DNA of 63,792 nucleotides, the filler included, from Octopus bimaculoides (taxonomy: Eukaryota): assembly GCF_001194135.2 (NCBI RefSeq). It is 6 parts of 6 records of this genome, joined end to end, with 100 filler letters (N's around TTAATTAATTAA, not from the genome) between each part and the next. Parts side by side here need not be neighbours in the genome. Positions count along the whole stretch, not along the records: positions 52,802 to 59,293 come from NC_068992.1; positions 59,394 to 60,607 come from NW_026431428.1; positions 60,708 to 63,792 come from NC_068982.1; 3 more parts are not named here. One strand, given 5' to 3'. Both the position numbers and the translations under genes were made by a program. This document shows, one piece after another, positions 53,292-63,792 of this stretch. The first letter of the stretch is position 1. The number at the start of each line of letters is the position of its first letter. The notes under the pieces were generated by a model. That model saw nothing but the letters and a program-made list of their open reading frames with translations, was not told the DNA's origin and ran no database searches.

Positions 53292-54303
53292 GGCGCATGC
53301 CACATTTTGAATAATACTCCTTGAAGTCCTCAGAATTGGCTTTCTCACAATACACAATTAGCTTCGTTAGACACGAGTGATTGAAATAAGTTGAAGATGT
53401 GCTGATCGGTACAGCTGCGTTTCGTGGATAGATTTAGCAGACACTCCTACGCTGATATAATGAAATTTCACTGCTTTTGTTGAATATTCTGTACTGTGAT
53501 CTTATTATGCGTGGAATATAATTGCTATTCTCTCCTCTCACTATAGTTTGCTGTTGATCAAAAAGTACTTGACAGAATAAATAATGTAAAAGCTTTATAT
53601 TGCGTACAGCGGCTGATTTGTTCGACTAAACCCCTTAATAACATATACCAGAATAGCCACAGTTCAATGACTAGAACTAATAAGACATATATGAATAAAA
53701 GACGCGATATTTTATCCTATGATCCATTGATTTCTGTTGGAGCAATGACCTTCCGTGTGCTACATAATAAAAGCAATAATAAATGTTACCAACACAAATA
53801 TAATACAAGAAATATATGGAGTTGTCGGTTGTCATGAAAAGGTTACAGCAATGTTTTTTAGAAAAGCCAAAGAAGATGGCTGTTAGTAAATATCTTTTTT
53901 TCTGACTGCCTGGTAGATTGGTTGTCTGGCTCATTGGCTGAGTGAGTTATTGCTTGATGGATTGGCTAGTTGCTAGGATGACAAGTATATGCATGATTAA
54001 TTGAAGCTTTTCGTAAAAATTGTAAAGAATTGTCATAGGAACAAAATGACACAAAAAGCAAATACAAATACTCAGAATAAACACACACAAAAGATGTTTC
54101 TTCATTCTTTTAGAAAAAAAAAACGATATAAAGAAGTCAAAAGTTAAAATATACAGGTTTCATTTTAAAGAAATGTCTATCAAAGAAAAACATAGAAAAG
54201 ATAAAACGATGTGAAAACACATATATTTCTTACATATCATCTTCTCTCTCTCACTCTCTCATTCTCCCTCTCTCTCCACTTTCATTCTAGAAATTATCAT
54301 CAC

Positions 54304-54391
<88 letters not shown>

Positions 54392-54511
54392 GTCTTTATT
54401 TTTCCTGTGATTGCTGTAGTTGGTGTTGGTTTATTTACTGTACATGTATGTATGATGCACGTACTTATCCATATCTATCTTTGTATCTATGCATGTATGT
54501 ATCTATCTATC

Positions 54512-54554
<43 letters not shown>

Positions 54555-55144
54555 NNNNNNNNNNNNNNNNNNNNNNNNNNNNNNNNNNNNNNNNNNNNNN
54601 NNNNNNNNNNNNNNNNNNNNNNNNNNNNNNNNNNNNNNNNNNNNNNNNNNNNNNNNNNNNNNNNNNNNNNNNNNNNNNNNNNNNNNNNNNNNNNNNNNNN
54701 NNNNNNNNNNNNNNNNNNNNNNNNNNNNNNNNNNNNNNNNNNNNNNNNNNNNNNNNNNNNNNNNNNNNNNNNNNNNNNNNNNNNNNNNNNNNNNNNNNNN
54801 NNNNNNNNNNNNNNNNNNNNNNNNNNNNNNNNNNNNNNNNNNNNNNNNNNNNNNNNNNNNNNNNNNNNNNNNNNNNNNNNNNNNNNNNNNNNNNNNNNNN
54901 NNNNNNNNNNNNNNNNNNNNNNNNNNNNNNNNNNNNNNNNNNNNNNNNNNNNNNNNNNNNNNNNNNNNNNNNNNNNNNNNNNNNNNNNNNNNNNNNNNNN
55001 NNNNNNNNNNNNNNNNNNNNNNNNNNNNNNNNNNNNNNNNNNNNNNNNNNNNNNNNNNNNNNNNNNNNNNNNNNNNGCTCCTATTGCAATTTGTTACGTT
55101 CTAGTGTTTTGTGTAGGGGGTGGGTAAGATTAGTACTACTATTA

Positions 55145-55175
<31 letters not shown>

Positions 55176-55178
55176 TGT

Positions 55179-55330
<152 letters not shown>

Positions 55331-55997
55331 ATAGTAGTACTTGTTATCATCACCGTCATCACAATAGTATTCATCATCTTCGTAACCATAGTCATCGTAC
55401 TCATCCCCATCAACTTCATGACTTCTCATCATGTTAACACCGATACTATGAATGCATATACAGAAGCAGATTCGAACTCATACACACATAAATATATACT
55501 TGTGTTATAGCGTTTTACTGATTTTCTGTTATTTATTTATTTATTCATTCATTTATTTTACATTATTTCGTATCTCGGAAAAATGTTTTAATTTACGTTG
55601 GTTTCAATATATATATATATATATATATATATATTACTATTATTGTTGTTGTTGTTGTTGCTGTTGTTATTATTATTATTGTTGTTGTTTTTGCTATTAT
55701 TATTATTATTATATTTATGTTTATGATTTTCCAGATCGATCATTGGAACAGAAAGCGTGCACGGCACAATTTCATTTATTCCTTGTCCTCAACAACATCA
55801 CAACCATTACCATCAACAGTATCACCACCATCGTCGTCATCCCCATAATTCATCATCATCATCATCATCATCATCATCGTCATCATCATCATCATCATCA
55901 TCATCATAATCATCTTCATCATCATCATCTTACACCTGCTCAGTTCATGGTACTAGGTTATTTCGGAATCCTTATTGGAGTGTGTGTCTGTGTATAG

Positions 55998-56082
<85 letters not shown>

Positions 56083-56256
56083 TGGAAAGAAAGGAACAGA
56101 GAGATAGAATGAGAAATTGTGTGTACATACGTACATGTATGTGCAGTGCCGCAAGTGCTGGGGTCTGTTAATCTTTGGTTTAAATTTTAAATGTCGTATG
56201 TTGAAGGGGAGTGAACATTTCTTGAAGATTATGTGCTAAAGCACCACTTGTATATC

Positions 56257-56325
<69 letters not shown>

Positions 56326-56572
56326 ATGAATATTTTTGCCTGTGCATGCCAGAAAGAAAATACATGTAGCACTAATTATACACATACGTATATATACATA
56401 TATATATATATATANNNNNNNNNNNNNNNNNNNNNNNNNNNNNNNNNNNNNNNNNNNNNNNNNNNNNNNNNNNNNNNNNNNNNNNNNNNNNNNNNNNNNN
56501 NTTTAAATGTCGTATGTTGAAGGGGAGTGAACATTTCTTGAAGATTATGTGCTAAAGCACCACTTGTATATC

Positions 56573-56604
<32 letters not shown>

Positions 56605-57417
56605 TGTGTGTGTGTATGTGCGTGTGTGTGTGTGTGTGTGTGTGTTTAGAGTGGGAGACAAATTGAGGAAGGGAGTAAGTGAGAAATTAAATGTAAGTGA
56701 AGTGAACAGAGACTAAGAGCTGTTCTGTAAACGAATGAAAGTGCCGCATTTTCCATTTTTGTAAGCGGAAAACAGAAAAGAAATAAACGCAAGATAACAC
56801 AGGAAGCACAAGAAGGAAAGCTCCTCCCATGATGTAGATCTTTAAGAAAAAGTAAGAAAACTCTAATTGTCAGAGAGAGATACATAGAGGAATATAAGAA
56901 AAAAACATTGAGAGAAAGAAAGATTGCGATAGAGATGTTAAATAGAGAGAATATATGAGTGATTATGAGACATAGAGAGAGAAAGAGGACAAGAGAGAAT
57001 TAAAAGGAAAATGTGTACAGTAACGTAAACGAAACAATAATGTAGATAGGTTAAGAGGAATGTTATGTTTAACTGCATATACGAAGTAAAGTGAAATGGT
57101 GCCATTTGAAAATCTTTTTTCAGGATAAAGATTTTTAGAGATTCAGGACTTGAGGCTTCAATCCATTAAAAGTATGAGAAAGTTTTCTCGGTAGAACTAA
57201 GAATCTCATCACCCTACATACCAAACCCATCACTTCTACGTCAATATCGTTGATTTTGCTATTGTGGTTTTTATAATTTATCAAAATCGTCAACGTTGTA
57301 GTAGTTGTGGTGGTGGTGGTGGTGGTGGTAGTGGTGGAACGCGTGGTGGAAGGCATGGTGGTTTTGTGGTTGTCGTCATCAGCATCATCATCATGTTTTC
57401 ATCATTGTCACTAATGG

Positions 57418-57615
57418 TAACTCGCTAGCAGAATCGCTTGCACACCGACAATGTGTGTCGCGGCATTTAGTCCTGAGTTTAAATCCTGTGAGATCAACTT
57501 TCCCTTTCATCCTTTCGCTGTCGAAAAAGTTGGTACCAGTTGGGTACTGGGGTCGACGTAATTGATTAGTTGCCTCCCACCAAATGTTAGGCCTTGTTAT
57601 TATTGTAGAAAGAAT
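57418..57615 (+). mobile_element. Diverged SINE copy, tail type B
   Basis: gcagaatcgcttgcacaccg..gagtttaaatcc..cctttcatcctttc..aggccttgtt. Confidence 0.7.
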
Positions 57616-59293
57616 TATTAATAACATTACCATCATCTTTTCCTCATAATACTGTCGTCTTCTTCACCACCATCCTCTTCATCCTCAAAATTTCCATCAA
57701 CTGCACCAACACCAACACCAACACCAACACCATTATTATCATTCAAGTTGTTTTGATAGTCGTCGTCTTCGTCAATGTCGTCCTCATGTTTAGTTTCTTC
57801 ACAGTCGCCCGCAAAATTGTCGCCAACGTGATGTCTGTGATGATGACTGTGACGACCACCAAGGATGACAATGGTGCCAGTACTAATGTTGATTAATATG
57901 AAGATAATATTGACAATGAAAATATATTGATAATATTCATCATTATCAAAAACACTATCGCCATCACCAACTTCCTTCTAAGTAAAAGACTCGCCCTCAA
58001 TACCTTCATACTCACAATTATGCACAAAAGTAGGTTCGGCAACAGCCTCAGTCGAGCATTAAGCAAGATATACAAAACGTAGATGTGATTAATATTTTGT
58101 TCATTGTTCCTTTTATTATTGTTATGCGTATTATTTAAGAAATAGAAGTGGTTATTCTTGTTTTTCATCCTTTTGTTCGGGGATTACTTTGCGTTGCAGC
58201 TTTAAGCCATCATTACAGAAAACGGTAAATGGAATTGTAAAGCAAAGTAAGAATATCTAAAAACTTTGTAGAATCGGCAATAACAGAATGACAAAACTTC
58301 ACTCATATATATATGTATGTATGTGTATAAGCATATATTCATATATACGTACATGTATATATACACACACATGCATATATGTGTACATATATATATGTAT
58401 ATATATATATACATACATGCATTTATATAAGTATTACCTGTGTGTATATATCTGTGTATATATATATGAGTGCGTGCGTGTTTGTGTGTGTGTGCAGACA
58501 TGGCGTATTACGAATGAATAAAGTCACATAATCGAATGTATCGAATGGGAAAGAGAGTTCCATGAATGAGGTACTCCAAAACCATCGGAAGAAAGTGGGG
58601 TCCGTGTGAGCGAGCAGTAAAGCAAACAGTCAATTCAATAAAAACAAAACACAGAGAAAAAGAAAAAAAACAAACAAACGTTTGGACGTGGCAGAAGAAA
58701 AGTATTAATAAGACACTCAGAGAAGAGAAGGAATACGTTTCGAGCCTATGCTATGCCTATGCTCTTCTTCGGAAACAGGGAAGTTCAAGACAAAGGACAA
58801 GATTCGCCAACAGTCACTTGCTGTTTCCTTTTTAAAGTAAGTGACCGGATGTGGGAATGAAGAGAAAATGCTTTCTGGAACAGGAGAGTGCGACAATGTT
58901 CAGTACGCGTGTGGTCACGCACATATGTGTGTGTGTGGTAGCGTGTGGTATGTGTGTGTGTAGTAGCATGTGTATGTACGGAAGCGTGTGTGGCAGTTAC
59001 TGTGTATGTTTGCGCAGCAGCGTGTGCGTGTAGTAGTAAGTGTGTATGCGAGTGTGTGTGTGGTAGTGTGTTGTAACGCATATATATATACGGAGTAGAT
59101 GGAGCAGGGACAACTGAAGAAGGGTAATATTCTTTATGTTGCATGTCTCCTTTCTCTGTGGTTTTTTTTTTCGTTGTTCGAAAAAAAAAAGTTCCTTTTC
59201 TGTCTTCGTCTTTATGCTTTCGTTTCTCATTGTGTCGATATGTACATATATGTATGGATATATGCATATAATTATATTTTATTTATGTTTGTA

Positions 59294-59393
59294 NNNNNNN
59301 NNNNNNNNNNNNNNNNNNNNNNNNNNNNNNNNNNNNNTTAATTAATTAANNNNNNNNNNNNNNNNNNNNNNNNNNNNNNNNNNNNNNNNNNNN
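59294..59393. other. Artificial scaffold spacer N44-TTAATTAATTAA-N44
   Basis: Same 100-nt structure. Confidence 0.97.
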
Positions 59394-59805
59394 TCTGTAC
59401 ATGTAAGCATACATATGTATGTATATGTATATATGCATGTGCGTGTGTGTGTGTGTGTGTGTTTCTGATTTATATATACGTGCATACACAACCTTCATTC
59501 AAAACAAACATACACAAACACACCTCCCTCACGCACCCCAGATTTGCTATTTTCCCATGAACTTTCTCCTATCGTCCTTCAGCTAATCACACCGCTGGGT
59601 TTTCGGTTGCCATTCTTCATTTCTGTTGAGTTCCACTAAACGCTCGTAGCCAATATCATGGCTGAATATTAACAACGGGCAAACAAAGAGAAATCATAGA
59701 ATAATTCAAAAGTCTTTAATTGCTGAAATTTAATCATTAGAAATTTATTAAATTTATTGATTCATTTCTGCGAATAACTGCGCGTTTATTATGAGTGGAT
59801 GTGTA

Positions 59806-60022
59806 GGCGGCGAGCTTGGCAGAAACGTTAGTACGCCGGGCGAAATGCTAAGCGGTATTTCGTCCGTCTTTACGTTCTGAGTTCAAATTCCGCCGAGGTC
59901 GACTTTGCCTTTCATCCTTTCGGGGTCGATAAATTAACTACCAGTTACGTACTGGGGTCGATTTAATCGACTGGCTCCTTCCCCCTAAATTTCAGGCCTT
60001 GTGCGTGTACTAGAAAGGATTA
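59806..60022 (+). mobile_element. Near-consensus SINE, tail type B
   Basis: Complete head, B-box, core and tail ending AGAAAGGATTAT. Confidence 0.88.
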
Positions 60023-60159
60023 TGTGTGGATGTGTGTGAAGGCACTTGGAACAGTGGTTAGAGAGTTGCACTCGCAATCGCAAAAACTCAGTTTCGATCC
60101 CTAGATTGGCTGCGCATTGTGCTCTTCACCTAAACACTTCATCGCCCATTGCTCTTGTT

Positions 60160-60232
60160 CAACGGTTTTCAAACTGTGGGTCGCGACCCTTCAGTGGGTC
60201 GCGAGATAGACAAAATGGGTCGCGACAAAAAA
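60160..60232 (+). mobile_element. hAT/Charlie-like 5' terminus
   Basis: caacggttttcaaactgtgggtcgcgaccc with three GGGTCGCGA subterminal repeats. No matching right end found. Confidence 0.55.
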
Positions 60233-60309
60233 GTGTGAGATGCAGTATATGGGGATCGGACAACAAACGTAAGCCAGTGTCAACGGTGGTTCCAGAAATT
60301 CCGAGCCGG

Positions 60310-60607
60310 AAACTACAGCCTAGAAGAAAAACGACCATCTTTGGTTTCAAGACGATAGGTATTCTTCCATCAGGAATGCTCGGCCACATACAGCAAAGAT
60401 GAAATTCCAGAGGCTGGAGCAGTTTGAATTGGAAACGAAGCCCCACCCACAATATTCGCCGGACATTGCTCCATCTGATTATCCGTTATTCCGCAGCCTT
60501 CAAAATCATTTGGACGGAAAATGTATGAATTCTGTAGATGAGGTGAGAACAGTAGTAGAGGAGTATTTTTCGTCACGGACAAGTGAATTTTGCAAGTCTA
60601 CCAGATA
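60310..60607 (+). pseudogene. Decayed mariner (D,D34D) transposase fragment
   Basis: LEEKRPSLVSRR*VFFHQ, then a frameshift, then NARPHTAKMKFQRLEQFELETKPHPQYSPDIAPSDYPLFRSLQNHLDGK. These are the HDNARPH and HPPYSPDLAPSDY motifs, with one stop and one frameshift. Confidence 0.88.
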
Positions 60608-60707
60608 NNNNNNNNNNNNNNNNNNNNNNNNNNNNNNNNNNNNNNNNNNNNTTAATTAATTAANNNNNNNNNNNNNNNNNNNNNNNNNNNNNNNNNNNNN
60701 NNNNNNN
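60608..60707. other. Artificial scaffold spacer N44-TTAATTAATTAA-N44
   Basis: Same 100-nt structure. Confidence 0.97.
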
Positions 60708-60805
60708 AGAAGAAGAAGAAGAAGAAGAAGAAGAAGAAGAAGAAGAAGAAGAAGAAGAAGAAGAAGAAGAAGAAGAAGAAGAAGAAGAAGAAGAAGAAGA
60801 AGAAG

Positions 60806-60835
<30 letters not shown>
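60708..60835 (+). repeat. (GAA)n microsatellite, about 42 pure units
   Basis: Direct inspection. Confidence 0.95.
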
Positions 60836-60836
<1 letters not shown>

Positions 60837-60902
60837 CAAACATAAAATAATAATAATAATAATAAGCAAAAGTCAAACATAAAATAATAATAATAATGAT
60901 AA

Positions 60903-62085
60903 TGTGCAAAACCAAGGTTTGGCCATGAACTGGAGGGTCGATCCCGAAGTGGACAGAGGAGAAGCTAAAGGAGATGAACAGGAAGTCAAGAAAGCTCCTA
61001 ATGATGCATGGAGCCCATCATCCACATGCAGACACTGATCGCCTATACATGAAGAGAGCAAATGTGGAAGACTGCATGCATATTGAACTTGAGAGCTTAA
61101 TGAAATACCTAGCCCAAAGTAAGGAAACCTTGCTAGTGACAGTTAGGAACGTGAGAGCGTTGGGAGCAGAGAAAAAAAGGGAAAACAAAGGAAGGTGTAC
61201 AAACAGGGCATAAAGAGGAATTACACAAGAAGAGACTACACAATCAATTCCATGTAGCCACAACAGAAGTTGCTGGACAAAATAGGTGGGATTGGCTGAT
61301 GGAAGGAACCCTAAAAAAAGAGACCACAAGCACTATACTGGCAGCACAAGACCAAGCATTGGCCATGAACTGGAGGGTCAACTTTTGGAATGAGAAAATG
61401 TTTCCATTGTGCTGCATCTGCAATAGAGTGGATGAAACCATTGCCCATATCACGAACAAATGTCCTAGACTTGCCCCAAACCACTACAAGTTGTGGCGAC
61501 ATGACCAGGTAGTGAGAGTGCTACATTGGAAACTGTGCGAAAAGTGGGAGCTAGAGAGAGGTAGGACATAGTATGAGCACAAACTGCAGAGAGTGGCAGA
61601 GTTGGAGACTAGCAAAATCCTCTGAGATTTCCCAATCCAAACAGATCAGGTGCTAGAGCATAACAGACTGGACCTAATGGTGATGGACAAGGTGCACCAC
61701 ATATGCTATATAGTTGATGTTGCATGTCCCTTTGACCCATGAATAGTCAAGAAGGAAAGTGAAAGATAGATACAACTCTCTTAAGTATGAAATAGGCCGG
61801 CTATGAAAAATGAAGAAGGGGAAGATAGTGCGAATTATTGTTGGGTCCTTGGGAACAGTATCAGAAGGCATCAAGAGGAAAATAAAGGAAATTGGAATAG
61901 TGCCCAGCAGAACTGTTACAAAAGGTTTGCAACCTTGACATAGCCAGAATAACCAGGAAAGTATTAGATAGCTGAAAAAAACAAATAGCATGGTATTGTA
62001 GGCTGCAGGTAGTAAGCCCGCTACACATGCAAGACTCCAGAATCTCAAACAAAACAGGTGATAAACAGAAAATTATAATAATAAT
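60903..62085 (+). mobile_element. 5'-truncated, decayed R4/Dong-like non-LTR retrotransposon (post-RT region, CCHC finger, restriction-like endonuclease)
   Basis: Broken frames give MNRKSRKLLMMHGAHHPHADTDRLYMKR, KKETTSTILAAQDQAL, CCICNRVDETIAHITNKC (CCHC), WRHDQVVRVLHWKLC (RHD), KIL*DFPIQTD..LEHNRLDLMVMDK...YIVDVACPFD (PD..D-like) and IVGSLGTV. Stops and frameshifts are present; (AAT)n lies on both flanks. Confidence 0.85.
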
Positions 62086-62577
62086 AAAAAACAATAATAA
62101 TCCTTTCCACTATAAGCAAAAGGCCTGAAATTTNNNNNNNNNNNNNNNNNNNNNNNNNNNNNNNNNNNNNNNNNNNNNNNNNNNNNNNNNNNNNNNNNNN
62201 NNNNNNNNNNNNNNNNNNNNNNNNNNNNNNNNNNNNNNNNNNNNNNNNNNNNNNNNNNNNNNNNNNNNNNNNNNNNNNNNNNNNNNNNNNNNNNNNNNNN
62301 NNNNNNNNNNNNNNNNNNNNNNNNNNNNNNNNNNNNNNNNNNNNNNNNNNNNNNNNNNNNNNNNNNNNNNNNNNNNNNNNNNNNNNNNNNNNNNNNNNNN
62401 NNNNNNNNNNNNNNNNNNNNNNNNNNNNNNNNNNNNNNNNNNNNNNNNNNNNNNNNNNNNNNNNNNNNNNNNNNNNNNNNNNNNNNNNNNNNNNNNNNNN
62501 NNNNNNGCAAGTGTATGAAAAACAATAAGAAGTTTATTATAATAAAGAACATTTGCATAAGGGATATATTTCCTTAC

Positions 62578-62713
62578 CTGTTGCTGTTTTAACTCCCACA
62601 ACGGTATTCTGATCTGATACTTCAACTTTTAGTATGATACGCTCAAATGTTTCTCTGTCTAGTTTTTCCTTTAGAGTAATATTTCCCGTATTGTGATCAA
62701 TCTCAAAATATGG
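62578..62713 (-). CDS. Cadherin-superfamily exon encoding most of one extracellular cadherin repeat
   Basis: On the - strand: acceptor atccatttcAG and donor CAG|GTAAGG; 136 nt, phase 0/1. Translates PYFEIDHNTGNITLKEKLDRETFERIILKVEVSDQNTVVGVKTAT, with the F.ID..TG.I, LDRE and V.V.D cadherin motifs. Not in the ORF track. Confidence 0.85.
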
Positions 62714-63792
62714 CTGAAATGGATTGCAGGATTATGATTAGCATTTTCTTTTGGTTTCTATGAATATGATGCCAGGATTTTTTTTAACTTCGAAATAATT
62801 ATGGGTGAACTTGATAGACAAGAACTGAAAGAAGCTTGTCTCACATGTTTGTGTGTGTATGTGTTTGTGTGTATGTGTGTGTGTGACTTTGTGTGTGTGC
62901 ATGTGTTTGTGTGTGTCCAATGGTCTTGACATTTCATGACATGTAAATGAACATATTTTCCAATCTTCAATGGAAACATGCCTGACCACTGGAAAATATT
63001 GCCTTACTTGGAATAGATGACAGATAGCAATGAAAAGGGCATCTAGCTATCTACTTCAATGGATTTCATCTGGTTAATGCAAAAACTGAAAAATGGACAT
63101 TAAACCAATTAACTGAGTCAATAATACCTAATCTGAGAAGGAATTAAATTCCAGATTGTTTACTAACTTCTGTTAAGGCTTTTAAACACAACTCTACAAA
63201 ATTTAGCCTCTTGAAAATAAAACTGGCCAACAAAGGATTCTTGGTCACTTGACATGATAGAAACAGTTGCTAAATTTCCCTCAAATCACATCCAACCATG
63301 TTAAGTGGAAAAAGTTTAGACACTGTATTCCAGGATTTGATGTGTCTGAAAAAATAAATGTGATTGTCACAGTTGAAATGCCTTTGGTCATAGTTCTACA
63401 TAAAAGATAAACTGGGGCTAAATAACAAGAACAACAGCTAACACCTTTTATCTTCAGTCGAGTGATTAATTTTAGAATTGTCTTCGGTCTGTAAATTACA
63501 CTCCAACAATTTATGCAAGTGTTTTGAATTTGAAAAATATAAGAACTAGTGAAAAATAGACCATAAAAACTTTGTTAAACATTCTGAAAAACAAGTTCTA
63601 TTTCAAGCAAAGGAAAATATAACTGTCCAAAAATATCTTACCACAATACTATTTTCATTGACTTCTCTTCCTTTTCCATTTATTTCAATTGTCTCTTGTG
63701 AAATATTGAAAATCAGCTTACTATTCAAATCCTCATCTGTAGCTTTTATTGAAGTAATATAAGAATTAACAGTTATGTTTTCATAAAGTTCT

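Noticed and set aside
56186-56645. Identical ~75-bp unique block plus (TG)n on both sides of a gap
   Set aside because: Likely two haplotypes differing in microsatellite length, assembled in tandem.

Overview
AT-rich animal genomic DNA. It is almost certainly from an octopod cephalopod, inferred from the tRNA-derived SINE families, the very high microsatellite density and the retroposon types. About 4.7 kb is N. The window is not one locus: five identical 100-nt spacers (N44-TTAATTAATTAA-N44) split it into six pieces (1-24817, 24918-35364, 35465-52701, 52802-59293, 59394-60607, 60708-63792). I recognise three host genes, each only in part: two + strand exons of a GABA-B receptor most like invertebrate GABA-B-R3 (13112-13306, 23315-23569), the last coding exon of LIX1L/Lowfat (27016-27429), and one - strand cadherin-repeat exon (62578-62713). 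The supplied ORF track misses the second GABA-B exon and the cadherin exon. The rest is intronic or intergenic: more than 25 SINE copies, R4/Dong-like, RTE and CR1-like retrotransposon fragments, mariner and hAT MITEs, hairpin elements and simple repeats. Most other ORFs in the track are microsatellite or gap artefacts. I found no convincing new biological system. The best leads are an internally deleted R4/Dong-like element with open frames, an apparent link between SINE (ATT)n tails and R4/Dong insertion sites, SINEs with two alternative 3' tails, and repeat/hairpin structures downstream of LIX1L. All family assignments are from memory of motifs, not from database searches.
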